Origin: Octopus sinensis
Taxonomy: Eukaryota
Direction: 5' to 3'
Assembly (NCBI RefSeq): GCF_006345805.1
Contig: NC_043003.1
Location: 87,172,001 to 87,236,000 of the forward strand
Length of the DNA stretch: 64,000 nucleotides
The translations under genes were made by a program, and so were the position numbers. Under the pieces are notes generated by a model, which saw only the letters and a program-made list of their open reading frames with translations, did no database searches and was not told the DNA's origin. Each line of letters begins with the position of its first letter. Position 1 is the first letter of the stretch. Positions 35,351 to 48,479 of the stretch are shown piece by piece.

Positions 35351-36074
35351 AACACACACACACACACACACAGAAACACACACACGAGTGTGCAGCCACA
35401 TACACATGCACAGGTGCCAGTGTGCACATACATGCAGACACATACGCGATACACGTGTATGTACATACAATAAATATGAACAAACACAATAAATTGCTTT
35501 CCATCTTAAAGATGTTGCTGCAACCTGTACCTTGCTAGAATTAAGGGTGTCCACACTTCTGTCAGTTCTACAAAGCATTAAGATCATTAAGATCACCCTG
35601 ATCACTTCTTCCTATGAACTAGTCAAACATGTACCACTTCAACACAAATCTCCGCTTATCCCCCCACCCCGCCCCTACATCATTCCATATCATACCAGAC
35701 TTGTAAACATTTATCTCAGTAAGCCTATTAGAGAGTGGCTTGACCTACATGATTGTTCAGGTTGCTAGAAATAACAGTCAATGTCACCTTCAAATTACAA
35801 CTCCATCCAATTATTAAAGGAAGGGTAGGTTAAATAATTCCAACAGCCCTTTCATATCACACCCTATTCTGTTATAAAAGATATAAATAGTTCTAAATAT
35901 ATTATGTCTCAGAAACATAAGTGGTGGTGGTCATCACAGATGGAATGTCTTTAATCATATGTCTACTGGACTTGATATAGATTTACTCTACATTTTGTGT
36001 ATTTAATCAGCCAGTGAGAAATGGTGGCCAAATTTCCTTTAGATTAAATTCTGCTGATTGAAAATAAAATAAAG

Positions 36075-36300
36075 TACTGTAAATCCTTGAGTATAGTCCG
36101 CCCTTGAGTATAAAATGCAGAGGATTTTTAGGGGTTGTACCTCTGAAAAACCTAAACCTTGTGTATAATACATACTTCTTCTCTAACTTGAGTCAAGGAG
36201 GTCTATATAACGTCCTTTATTATTATTGTATATATATATATAACATAATGCAAACGTGTAGCTTTTTTGTGCGTTTTGTTTGCAGAAAATAAAGAAATAA
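36075..36300 (+). mobile_element. pogo/Tc2-like terminal fragment (tentative)
   Basis: Begins tactgtaaatccttgagtatagtccgc, a recalled TIR style. Confidence 0.4.
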
Positions 36301-36329
36301 TAGTAATAACGTTTAATAAATGTTTCTGG

Positions 36330-38205
36330 CAAGACAGCTGCAGGAGAAATTCCTAACCAAAGACAAACCTCTGTACTTAGCTTTGGTTGACATGGAGAAA
36401 ATCATTGACAGGTTCCCTCGATTCCTTATCTGGTGATCAATGTGGAAACTAGGGATAGAAAGGTGGTTGGTGAGAGTTGTACAAGCCACGTACAGGGATG
36501 CTGTCAGTAAGGTGAGGTTTGGCAATGAGTATAGTGAAGAATTCCAGGTAGAAGTAGGGGTTCACAAAGGATCGGTCCTCAGCCCCCTCTTATTCATCAT
36601 AGTCTTCCAGGCAATAACAGAGGAATTCAAGACAGGCTGCCTCTGGGAGCTCCTCTCTTCTGATGACCTTAATCTAATAGCTGAATCACTATCAGAACTA
36701 GAGAAGTTTCAGGTGTGGTCTAGAATTGAGGGCCTTAGAGTCAATCTAGCAAAAACCAAAGTCTTAGTAAGTAGGAAGGCAGACAAATCACAAATACCTT
36801 CAGGTATGGCCCTGCTCAATCTGTAGAAAAGGTATAGGTAGAAACTCCATAAGATGTACCCAGTGTAAGTTATGGCCACATAAGAGGTGCAGCAATATCA
36901 AAAGAAGGTTAACTGGGAAGATAGTTCTTCAGTATGGCAGATGCACAGGGGCAATAAACAGTGAAGATGTACAGAAAACAGATTCCATCACATACCAGGG
37001 GTAAAACTAGAAGTAGTTGATAGCTTCTGTTACCTAGGTGACCAAGTCAATAGCAGGGCTGGATGATCTGAGAGCATAGCTACCAGAATAAGAATAGCCT
37101 GGGTTAAGTTCAGAGGGATCCTACCTCCGCTGGTAACAAAGGGCCTCTCACTCAGAGTGAAAGGTAGACTGTATGATGCCTGTGTGTGAACAGCCATGTT
37201 ACACAGCAGTGAAACATGGGCTGCGACTACTGAGGACATGTGTAGTCTTGAAAGGAATGAAGTTAGTATGCTCTGCCGGATGTGTAATGTCCGTGTGCAT
37301 ATATGACAGAGTGTAAGTGCCCTGAGAGAAAAGTTGGATATAAGAAGCATCAGATGTGATGTGCAAGAGAGACAACTGCACTGGTATGGTCATATGGTCA
37401 TAAGGCGGCGAGCTGGCAGAAACGTTAGCACGCGTGGCCGTACTTCGTCTGCTGTTACGTTCAGTGTTCAAATTCCGCCGAGGTAGACTTTGCCTTTCAT
37501 CCTTTCGGGGTCGATAAATTAAGTACCAGTTACGCACTGGAGTTGATGTAATCGACTTAATACCTATGTCTGTCCTTGTTTGTACCCTCTGTGTTTAGCC
37601 CCTTGTGGGTAGTAAAGAAACAGGTATGGTCATGTGTTGTGTAAGGATGAGGACAGCTGAGTGAGGAAGTGTCACACCTTAACAGTGGAAAGAACCTGTG
37701 GAAGAGGTAGACCCAGAAAGACATGGGATTGGGTGCTGAAGCACAACCTTCGAATGTTGGGCCACACAGAAGCAATGACAAGCGACCAAGACCTTTGGAG
37801 ATATGCTGTGATTGAGAAGAACTGGCAAGCGAAGTGAGGTCGTTGCCCTGGTTGATACCAGTGTCGCATAACCAGCACATTTAAAAGTATCCTTCAATTG
37901 TCGGGCAATACTACGCTGTGCTTGAGAAGACCTGTTTAGCCAAGTGAAATCATAATCATGGCCAATGCCAGTGCCACCTCACTGGTACCTATGCTGGTGG
38001 CATGTAGAAAGCACAGTCGATGACAGTGTTGCCTGACTGACCCTCATGCCAGTGGCACATAAAAAGCATCCACTACACTCTCGGAGTGGTTGGCATTAGG
38101 AAGGACATCCAGCTTTAGAAACCTTGCCAGATCAGATTGGAGCCTGATGCAGCCACCTGGCTTGTCAGTCTTCAGTCAAGTGGGCGTTAAACGATGATGA
38201 TGATG
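36330..38205 (+). mobile_element. 5'-truncated RTE LINE (RT C-half to tail), decayed
   Basis: VGVHKGSVLSPLLFIIV..LLSSDD; homologous to 46135-47720. Confidence 0.92.
37402..37622 (+). mobile_element. SINE family B inserted in RTE
   Basis: TSD ggtatggtcat at 37383-37393 and 37623-37633. The gcctttcatcctttcggggtcgataaattaagtacc segment resembles the Meta/MESC SINE domain (from recall). Confidence 0.92.
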
Positions 38206-38260
38206 GTGATACATATATGTGTGTGTGCGTGCATGTGTGTTTGTGTGTGTGTTGTGTGTG

Positions 38261-38291
<31 letters not shown>

Positions 38292-38370
38292 GTGTGTGTG
38301 TGTTTGTGTGTGTGTTTGTGTGTGTGTATGTATGTGTTTGTGTGTACATATATATATATATATATATATG

Positions 38371-39249
38371 CAGGGTGTGGTGAATATACTATCATGTAAG
38401 TTACGCAAAAATGAACATAACACTGACATCTTATTTTAACAGATACATTTACCAAAATTGCCTAAAAAAATATCTTGAAATAATAAAGAGTCAATTTATT
38501 CAATATAATCACCATGGCTTCAACTACGGCCTCCAGACGACTTCAGAATTTCCTGCAACTCTTCTGGATAGTCTCCTAATTTAAGTTAGAGAATGCTGCT
38601 ATAATCCTTGCCCTCAGTTCATTTTTGGTGTTTCAAGGAGTTTTGTGGTCACACACTCAACTGCGCCCCACACATAATAATAAAGAGGATTGCAGTCTGG
38701 AGAGTTGATAGGTGGCCAGATGTTAGGCGTAATGTGGTTGCAGAAAATGTCTGACAGCCATGACTGGGTTCTCCTACTTGTGTGACATGGTGCAGAGTCC
38801 TGTCGCCAGACATAGGGTCTTCCAGCACCCTCTTGACTCAGGGCAGCACTACCTCCTCCAGGTACTTGATGTAGGCCTCCGTGTTGAGCCTGAGGCTGTG
38901 TGGAGAAATGAATGAAGGTATGATGCTTCCAACACTAGTGATTGCTCCAAACACCAAGATGTTGACTGGATGTTTGATTTTTATCACTCTCGGTGCATGT
39001 TTTGGGGAAACAGCAAGTCAACAGTTGTTCTGTGTGTTCATCATCTGCTCATACTGGAACTTCTGGTGTGAATGACAAGCAGTATAGCATGTCATTTCCA
39101 AATTTCTGGCAGAGTGAATTGCGTCATGGTGCTGTTTTTCTCAGACAGTGCCCAACTGGCCCTACTATACTGTGTAGTCAACAAAATCAAAAACATATAA
39201 TGTGCATGCGCAAAATATAAAATGGTGCCAATTTACCTATCACACCCTA
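38371..39249 (-). mobile_element. maT/DD37D-like transposon, internally deleted
   Basis: RPYVWRQDSAPCHTSRRTQSWLS..NIWPP..SPDCNP..VWGAVE..RLEAVVEA; degenerate agggtgtg TIRs at both ends. Confidence 0.8.
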
Positions 39250-39866
39250 TATATTTGTATGTATATTTATGTATGCATGTATCTATCTATCTATTTATAT
39301 ATGTGTGTGTGTTTGTGTGTATTTAGGCATCATTAATTGTGACTGTAATGCTTCAAGTACATATATTGTTAAAAATAAGAGTTAAACCACTTAAAGCTGT
39401 GTAAAAGTACATTTATATCTACTGACAGAGTAGATAGCTGCTCCATGATTAAAGCAAAGCTAGAATGCTGGACTGCACAGTTCATCCTGATGGGAATTAT
39501 CAACAGTCTGCTCAACTGCCCACACTAATTTTATGTGCCACCAGGGGGATCAATATCATTATTTAAAGGCATGAAATTGCGCTGATTCTTTCGCCAATAA
39601 CTAATGATGATTTGGCAACTTTCTGTGTCTGTTTTCCATTTGTTTGTGCATTTATTATATATCTTTTAACAATATAATTTGTAAAACATAACTCTCAACA
39701 CTGCTACATGAACCTGAAGACTGCATAGTTTAATGCATGAAAGTACTAGTTCAGTCAGAATGGACATTTAATATTCTATCATTTCATTATATGATATTAT
39801 TTGATATGATTTTGTTATAAGATTGTAAATAAAATATGAAAATCAAAGTTGGAATTTCTATGAGTA

Positions 39867-39924
<58 letters not shown>

Positions 39925-40039
39925 TGTGTGTGTCCCATCATGACCACAGCCTTGCAGTTGAAACACATAGAAGAATAACAGAATATATATAAACATATAT
40001 ATATAAGTATGTAGACAAATATAGACAAATTTAAGAAAG

Positions 40040-40330
40040 TTGCACTTTGAAGATTTGATTGGAATTACATATTCAATAACAATTTATTTCGGCTCTATAC
40101 AACTTACAATTTTGTAGGTAAAATCCTACCTACTACTCACCGTTGACAATTATAGGTTGGGGTCTGTTGAGGCAGTGTAAGTGTGTGTTTACATCTTTTG
40201 TCACATGCGATGTTGTTTAAGCAGGGGTAACTGACTTTGACATTGTAAGGGTTCAGAAGTTTACAATACTTATGAGTTCTAGGGAAATGTTCTGTAACTA
40301 ATGCCAGGAAACTCTTGCTATTTTGGTTGG
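40040..40330 (-). mobile_element. Penelope-like element relic
   Basis: THKYCKLLNPYNVKVSYPCLNNI..YNCQ..LYRAEI resembles the PLE KIFNRNTVKVSYSC..CNC..YKA segment. Confidence 0.6.
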
Positions 40331-40469
40331 ATCTTCTAGGTTATACAGAGGATTAAACTTGATTACTATTCTCTTTCTGATTGTCTTTGAGTTCGGGCAT
40401 GGAATTGTGATGCCCTCTGTATATACTGTGACTGTATATACTGTATATACTGTATATACTGTATATACT

Positions 40470-40604
40470 GTGCTAGAATGTCATTCTAAAGATAAACAAT
40501 CACATGACTGAAATCTTTAAACTGCAATATAATGTATCAGTTTGAAACACTGTGACTAAATACGCATTTCATTTGACAGAGTGATCTCAATCCTCAAGGG
40601 TTAA
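40470..40604. mobile_element. piggyBac-type MITE half ending at TTAA
   Basis: ..atttgacagagtgatctcaatcctcaaggg-TTAA. Confidence 0.55.
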
Positions 40605-40904
40605 CAAGTGTTTCATTTTTTGAAATGTCATAAAATCAGTTTAAAAAAAAACTATTCATGAGCTAAAGAGCTTTGCTACATACTTCCTGGTGACTCTATA
40701 GGATAAAAGATAAGAATGAAAGAAGAAACATGTAAAGGCATGTTGGAAGGTACAATAAAAATAAGAGTCCTGACATGAAACCGATCATGTGTTATCTGTT
40801 CTCCTAGTGAGATAAAAATGAATAAGTCAAGATATGATTAAGTCTATGCACTTCTGCACACACACACACACACACGCACACACACACACACAGACACACA
40901 CGCG

Positions 40905-40944
<40 letters not shown>

Positions 40945-41205
40945 CACAACTTTTGATAAGTACAGTGAATAAGGGGCAAAAGTTTTGTTTTTTAAAAAAG
41001 AAAGAAAACAAGCTTTCAAGGCACAGACAATAGCTCAGTAGTTAAGAAGTTTGCTTTGTATCCTGATGGTTTAGGTATTTATTAGAGGTATTTAACCTCT
41101 GCAAGGTGCCTTGTGTAAGAGACTTTGATAGTATTTTTAATGTTCACCTATACATTGCAAGTGGAATTTAATAAACAGAATTTGTGCGGAAGCTCAACAG
41201 ACATG

Positions 41206-42482
41206 CAGGGGTTGGACCAAATAATGGAAACACCTTAAAATTTCTAACAAATTTATTTTGATATGGGATAGGACCACCTTTGGCAGTAATTTCAGCTTGA
41301 ATTCTATGAGGCATGGACTCATACAAAGTTTGAATTGTTTCCAAAGCAATTTTTGTCCATTCTTCAGCTAAAACAGTCTCCAGTTCTTGTAGTGATGATG
41401 GTAGAGGATATCGACTCCTTACTTGTTTTTCTAAAATGCACCATAAATGTTCAATAATATTGAGTTCTGGGGACTGTGGTGGCCAGATAAGATGTTCAAT
41501 TTCTCTAGAATGTTCTTCGTACAATTCAGTAACAACTTTAGCTGTGTCAATTGGTGCATTATCGTCTTGAAAGATTGCGTTTCCCTCCAGAAACAGTTCC
41601 ACAACCATAGGATGAATTTGATCATATAAAATGCTTAAATAGTCTTGACTATTAATTCTATCATGAAGGAAAACCATTGGGCCAGCGGATTTCCAAGATA
41701 CAGCTCCACCAGATCATCACAGATCCTCCTCCATGTTTAAGAGTTGGAAGAAGGCAGTCTGGGTCAATTGCTTCTTTTGGTTGTCTCCACATGTATACTT
41801 GGCCAGTGGTCAGAAATAAGGTAAAGGTTGACTTGTCAGAGAAAATAACATTCTTCCACTGCTCTAGGGACCAATTCTGTAGGTTTTTACTCCACCCTAA
41901 ACGCTTTGCAACGTTTGTTTTTGAAAGTAGTGGTTTTCTGATTGCAACCCTCCCATGAAATCTGGCTTTGTGCAGCTCCTGGTGAACAGTTTTTGTGGAA
42001 ACTGGGTTCTCAAGATGTTCATTAAGATCTGCAGTAATTTTGGGAGCTGTACTTTTGTGATTCTTTCAAACAATTAGTGTAAGAGTCCGATGGTCCCTAT
42101 CTGAAAGTTTTGGTTTTCTTCCAGAGTTTTGTTTTGACAAGGAGGTTTTTCCCTCTTTCTCAAAAGCTGTCATTACTTTCAAGACAGTACTTCTTTATAC
42201 ACCAAACATTCCAGCTGTTTCCATTATGCTAGCGCCTGCCATACAAGCACCAACAATTTGACCTGTTTGAAAGTCTGATAGATCTGTCATTTTAATGAAT
42301 TTTAATTACCTTTTCTGATGATATCTGAAAAGAAACAACAATTTTAAAAAAAAAAACATATTAAGCAACACTAATAATAAATAAAAAAACATAAAAATAA
42401 ACGAGCTTTTGACGGTTTTATAGGTATTTCAAAATTATGATGCAATGATGCTAGGTGTTTCCATTATTTTGTCCAACCCCTG
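41206..42482 (-). mobile_element. full-length Tc1-like (DD34E) transposon, inactivated
   Basis: 30-bp TIRs caggggttggac(c/a)aaataatggaaacacct at 41206-41235 and 42453-42482, TA on the right. ORF from ATG 42290 MTDLSDFQTGQIVG..FSD..FQDDNAP..WPPQSPELNIIEHLW, with stops and a frameshift. Confidence 0.95.
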
Positions 42483-42645
42483 TATATGTATGTACACATA
42501 TATATATCCTTCTATCTTGCTCCCTTCCTCTCTCTCCATAATTATATGTGTGTGTGCATGTGTGTGTGTGTGTGTGGTCATTTCATCATGTTAAAACACT
42601 AATCCCTACACAATTTTCCCTCTGTTTTGTCATTCTCTCTCATCC

Positions 42646-42681
42646 CTTTCTGTTGAAGAGCACAGGCTCAAAACGTCGAAG
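42646..42681 (+). ncRNA. decayed copy of the non-canonical HHR-like motif
   Basis: cttt-CTGTTGA-A-gagc-acag-gctc-AAAAC-GTC-gaag; GAAA lost. Confidence 0.4.
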
Positions 42682-43203
42682 ACTTTTCCATTCTTCCTGG
42701 GTGTCAAACTAATACACTTGTTTGTTGTTCCCTCACCTATCTTCGTCTTTTGTTTTCTGTAAATTTCAACTGCATGTATACATATGTGAGAATGCTTATT
42801 GATCGCTACAATTGTTGTTTCAACCCATCTAGCACCGATCCATCATGGATGGGATACTGAACAACTGGTTTAGGAGTATCTGTCAGTGTAGATGTGTCTC
42901 TTTGAGTGATTACAAGATGTATCTCATTAAAATAATGTCTGTTCTAGTTTTCTTCTCGGTATGAGTATACAAAAGTAGCAAATTAATGGATATAGTTTCA
43001 TTATTATAAAAGATCAATAGTAATAAATATCAAATGCAAAACGAAATAAATACTTAATACAGCAAAAAAGTATTTTATATATATACATGTGTATATATTA
43101 TAATAAATTAGAGACAAAGCCACTATTATGCAAATCAAACAAAGAAGGACTTAATCCAATACATAAATTAATTTATATTATTTTGAAATTTAACAATTAT
43201 TAA

Positions 43204-43242
<39 letters not shown>

Positions 43243-44384
43243 ACATTCATTCGCTGTTACAAAATACATTCATACGTTGCCACTGTTAAATGTCTCAACT
43301 AGTACAATAACTTGATTTGTCTTTCCTATCTCTCTCTACGAAATTTAGCCTTTAAGGCTACCTTCAATCCTTAATTGCATCTTTCCGCCATCGGCGGTGT
43401 CCTCTTCTTCTTCTTCTTTTTCTTCTTCTTCTTCTTCTTCTTCTTCTTCTTCTTCTTCTACTGCTCAAACTTGAAAATCGCCATTACAAATTCCCAATTC
43501 AACTTCCTTTCTTCTTCAACTCATCTTCCGGTCGATACCCACAGCAAGTTTAAAGATTTATCTTATTATTTTTTCCGTACATCGCACAACATACATTCAT
43601 TCGCTGTTACAACATACATTCATACGTTGCCACTGTTAAATGTCTCAACTTGTACAATAACTTGATTTGTCTTTCCTATCTCTCTCTATGAAATTTAGCC
43701 TTTAAGGCTACCTTCAATCCTTAATTCCATCTTTCCGCCATCGGCGGTGCGCCCGCCCTCCCACCCCCACCACCATACCGGTGAACACTGTTCTCACCAT
43801 CTACACCGGATACGCCCTCCTCCTCCTCCCCCCCACCACCCATTCCTACCCCTTCTCCTCATATGCTTTCACTGTGAAAAGACAAGCTGCTAGCGCCACA
43901 GCTCATCAACCGCCCACTGATCTTACGCTTCCTCCTGTTTTGAATCTGACACTGCCTCAATCCGACTATCTCCTTCCAGTCCCCTCCCCGCCTAGTAATA
44001 TCCTACGTTTTTATTTCTTACGAACCTGCACCAACCCTTCCTGCCATCGTTCCTCCTTACCCCAACCTTCCCCACTGGTGCTCCCCTATATTACCCGCAC
44101 CCCTCCACTATCTCTCCCTCTCGTTTCACTGGTGAAACCTTTCTCAGCTGGACCCCCCCCCCAACTCAACTCTAGAATATCTGTATTTTTCCTCCTTACT
44201 ACGCTACCTAATTACGTTACTCAGTGACGATAACGAATGACCACTGCTAACACCAGCTCCTGCCCACGGCGTGGTCAGGTCGGAAGAGAGATCAAAAGAA
44301 AAATGCCACGAAAACTATCACCACCACAACAACCCTCCTCTTCTCAGGCGCTGAATCCCCCTCCCCCCACCCTCCTTCCCAGTT

Positions 44385-45060
44385 TTCAGAGTTGGCACTA
44401 TCAATGTTGGTACATTGACAGGCAAGTCTAGTGAGATTGTAGAGATGCTAGAGAGAAGACAGGTTGATGTATGCTGCATACAAGAGGTAAGATGGAGAGG
44501 TGCTTCAGCTAGGGTCCTCACGAGCAAGGCACTTAGGTACAAACTCTTCTGGCAAGGTAACGTGGAAGGTGTAGGGGGTGTAGGCATTCTCCTTGCGGAG
44601 AAATGGGTGGATAAGGTCATAGAGGTTGTCAGGGTTTGCGATAGAGTGCTTAAGCTCAGGTTGGTCCTACAGAGTGGCACAGCTATGATTATCTCCGCCT
44701 ATGCCCCACAAGCGGGACTACCAAATGATCAGAAGGACAATTTTATGATACCCTTCTGCAGGCTACTTCAAAGACTAGTAGCAAGGACCTCATCTTTGTA
44801 GGTGGAGATTTTAATGGGCATGTTGGGCGGGAATTGGTATCTTCACTGGGGTACATGGTGGCCATGGTATTGGCACCAGAAATGATGAGGGAACTAGACT
44901 GCTGGAATTCTGTGATGCATGTAACCTTTCAATCTGCAACACTAACTTCAAGAAGCCAGTTTGCCACCTTATAACTTATCAGTCAGGAGATCCGCTAGCC
45001 AAATAGACTTCATCCTCACCAGACAGCGGATGCAGGGTTGCTCTTGAATACAAAGACCCT
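44385..45060 (+). pseudogene. RTE apurinic-like endonuclease domain, frameshifted
   Basis: FRVGTINVGTL..VCCIQEVRWRG..GVGILL..SAYAPQ..GGDFNGHVG. Confidence 0.93.
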
Positions 45061-45388
45061 CCCGGGTGAAGAATGTATCCCTCAGCATAGAGACTAATCA
45101 TCAATGACTTTAAGCTTGAGGCCAGAAGGACTCCAAGAAACAAACCAATCCAGAAAAGAAGGATTTGGAGGCTAAAGAACCCTTCACATGGTCAGAAATT
45201 TAGGGACATACTCATCAAGAAATTTGATGAGAGGGAGGAGGAGCTTCAGACGTCAGACATAGAAGGTAGCTGGGAATTCCTATGGGACAGCTTGCTGAGT
45301 GCCACAGACCGAGTCTGTGGATGGTGCAAAGTCCCTTCCAGACCTAGAATTACGTGGTGGTGGAATAGTGCAGTAGATAAAGCCATTT

Positions 45389-47484
45389 GTGAAAAGAGAC
45401 GGGCCTGGAAAGCCTGGAAGGATGGGGCAGCAGGGAACTGTACCAGATAGCCAAAAGGGAGGCTGGCGGCAGGTATACATAGCCAAAGATGTAGCAGAAA
45501 AGAAGAAGTTTGCCAATGTCCAGCGACGCGAGGATCAAAGAGCTGAAGTATTTCGGATTGCCAGACAGTGTGTCAGAGAAAATAGTGATGTTATAGGAGA
45601 GAAATGTGTCCGCATGGATGATGGGGCACTTGCTTTTACTGCTAGTGAAAAGAAAGAGGCTTGGAGAAGCCATTATGAAAGACTGCTGAATGAGGAGAAT
45701 GAATGGGAGGAGGAGAGCCTACCAAATGTTGACCCAGTAGAGGGACCAGCTACCCGAATAGACAGCTCCCTTGTAGATAAGGCAATTAAGGATATGAAAC
45801 CAGGTAAAGCCCCCGGCCTATCAGGAATCACTGCTGAGATGCTTAAAACAGCTGGCTATGTGGGCTATGGCATAGTCACCCGCATTGTAAACCAGGTAGT
45901 TCACAATGGAGTCATACCCAATGACTGGTGCAGCAGCACCATAGTCAACTGCTACAAGGGTAAGGGTGATGCTCTAGATAGAAATAACTACAGAGGTATC
46001 AAACTGTTGGACCAGGTGATGAAGGTCTCAGAGAAGGTCATAACCCATCTCATTAGGGAGAGAATTTGTTTAGATGAAATGCAGTTCGGTTTTGTACCAG
46101 GTAGAAGCACCACTGATGCTATATTCCTGGTCCGACAACTGCAGGAGAAGTACCTAGCTAAAGATAAACCCCTCTACATAGCTTTTGTAGACTTGGAGAA
46201 AGCCTTTGACAGGGTTCCCCATTCCCTTATCTGGTGGTCGATGCGGAAACTGGAGATTGACGAATGGCTAATAAGGGCTGTACAGGCTCTATACAGAGAG
46301 GCTGTCAGCAAGGTTAGGATTGGCAACGAATATAGTGAAGAATTCCGGGTAGAAGTAGGTGTGCACCAGGGCTCAGCCCTCAGTCCCCTTTTATTCATCA
46401 TAGTCCTTCAGGCAATAACAGAGGAATTCAAAACGGGATGCCCCTGGGAGCTCCTCTATGCCGATGACCTAGCTCTCATAGCAGAATCACTACCGGAACT
46501 AGAAAAGAAATTACGGGTGTGGAAGCAAGGGTTAGAATCAAAGGCCTTAGAATAAATGTAGCAAAGACCAAAGTATTAGTAAGCAGCAAGAGGTACTCAG
46601 CACACACCCCCTCGGGTAGGTGGCCCTGCTCAATCTGTAAGAAAGGTACAGGTAGAAACTCCATAAGATGCACCCAATGTAAGCTATGGACACATAAGAG
46701 GTGCAGCAACATTAAAGGGAAATTAACAGATAAGATAGCTTTCATGTGCGGCAGATGCACAGGGACAATAGACACAACAGACACTCAGAAAACAGATTCC
46801 ATCACACTCCAGGGAGAGAAACTAGAAGTAGTTGATAGTTTCCGCTACCTGGGTGACCAAGTTAGTAGTGGAGGTGGATGCACAGAGAGTATCACCACTA
46901 GAATACGAATAGCCTGGGCAAAGTTCAGAAAGCTCCTACCCCTACTGGCAACAAAAGGTCTCTCCCTCAGAGCGAAAGGTAGACTGTATGATGCATGTGT
47001 GCGAACTGCCATGCTTCACGGTAATGAAACATGGGCTGTGACTGCAGAGGACATGCGTAGACTTGAAAGAAATGAAGCTAGCATGATCCGCTGGATGTAT
47101 AGTGTCAGTGTGCACGCAAGACAGAGTGTAAGCATCCTGAGAGAAATGCTGGATATAAGAAGCATCAGATGTGGTGTGCAAGAGCGACGCTTGCGATGGT
47201 ATGGTCATGTGCTGCGGATGGATGAAGAGAGATGTGTGAAGAAGTGCCACTCCCAAACAGTTGAAGGTATCAGGGGGAGAGGTAGACCCAGGAAGACATG
47301 GGATGAAGTAGTCAAGCATGACCTTAGAGCATTGGGCCTCACTGAGGCAATGGCGAAGGACCGAGATCTCTGGAGATATGCTGTGACTGCAAAGACCCGG
47401 GCTGCTTTCTGCAGCAATTCCACATACCCCCTACCCATTCAAAGTACCCCGGATCCCGTTGCCCCCGTGCCGCTGGCACGTTAA
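45389..47484 (+). pseudogene. RTE reverse transcriptase plus C-terminal region (frameshift near 46545)
   Basis: YKGKGD..NYRGIKLL..QFGF..FVDLEKAFDRVP..QGSALSP..YADD..FRYLG..RLRWYGHV..RGRPRKTW. Confidence 0.95.
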
Positions 47485-47736
47485 AAGCTCGAACCGATCG
47501 TGACCGATGCCGGACCCCCCGGCCCCTGTGCAGGTGGCACGTAAAAAGCACCCACTCCACTCACGGAGTGGTTGGCGTTAGGAAGGGCATCCAGCCGTAG
47601 AAACTCTGCCAGATCAGACTGGAGCCTGGAGCGGCCCCTGGCTTCCCAGACCCCGGTCGAACCATCCAACCCGTGCTAGCGCGGAAAACGGATGTTAAAC
47701 GATGATGATGATGATGATGATGATATATATATGTAT

Positions 47737-48075
47737 GTGCGTGATCATTACCTGCATCGCCTTACTAGCACTTGTGCTGGTGGCACGTGAAAAACATTCG
47801 AGCGAGGTCGTTGCAAGTGCCACTGGACTGGCTCCTGTGCAGGTGGCACATAAAAAGCACCATTTGAGCATGGCCGTTGCCAGTACTACCTGACTGGCCC
47901 TTGTGCCGGTGGCATGTAAAAGCACCCACTACACTCTGGGAGAGGTTGGCGTTAGGAAGGGCATCCAGCTGTAGAAACTCTGCCAGATCAGATTGGAGTC
48001 TGGTGCAGCCATCTGGTTCACCAGATCTCAGTCAAATTGTCCAACCCATGCTAGCATGGAAAGCGGACGTTAAAC

Positions 48076-48110
<35 letters not shown>
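47737..48110 (+). mobile_element. second RTE 3'-tail copy
   Basis: Conserved tail plus (GAT)n. Confidence 0.9.
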
Positions 48111-48112
<2 letters not shown>

Positions 48113-48128
48113 TATGTATGTATGTATG

Positions 48129-48172
<44 letters not shown>

Positions 48173-48479
48173 CATCTATCTATCTATCTATCTATCTATC
48201 TATATTGGGTTCAAAAAATTCTCGAATGGAAAAAGTGGGACATGCACGAACATGCCAGTGGGACATGCACCAACATCTATCTGCAAACATGGTAGACATT
48301 CTACCATTATACCAAAGCAGCCCTTAGAATTTTCTTCATACATTTTAGAAGCTTTCTTCTTACCAGCAAGAATTGTGTGCCGTTTATGTCATAGGAATTT
48401 AGAAACTTCAAGAGAATGGAATAAATCATTTTTAATAACAGAACTTGAAGTAGGTAAATCTATAACTGTGTAGAATATT

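Larger units (their letters stand above)
43243..47722 (+). mobile_element. near-full-length RTE-clade LINE (about 4.5 kb)
   Basis: Pyrimidine-rich 5' region, APE, RT, C-terminal domain, 3' UTR and (GAT)n tail. atatatatatgtat at both ends (43229-43242, 47723-47736) is a weak candidate TSD. The 5' boundary is uncertain. Confidence 0.85.

Noticed and set aside
40120-40170. strong minus-strand donor G|GTGAGT suggesting an exon
   Set aside because: The upstream frame translates as a PLE relic, so the donor is probably incidental.
42815-42900. GAAAC-aacaatt-GTA on the minus strand as an HHR
   Set aside because: Upstream core reads CTGACAG and the stems are inconsistent.
43740-44300. HDV-like ribozyme at the RTE 5' end
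   Set aside because: I could not assemble the nested double pseudoknot by eye; a descriptor search is needed.
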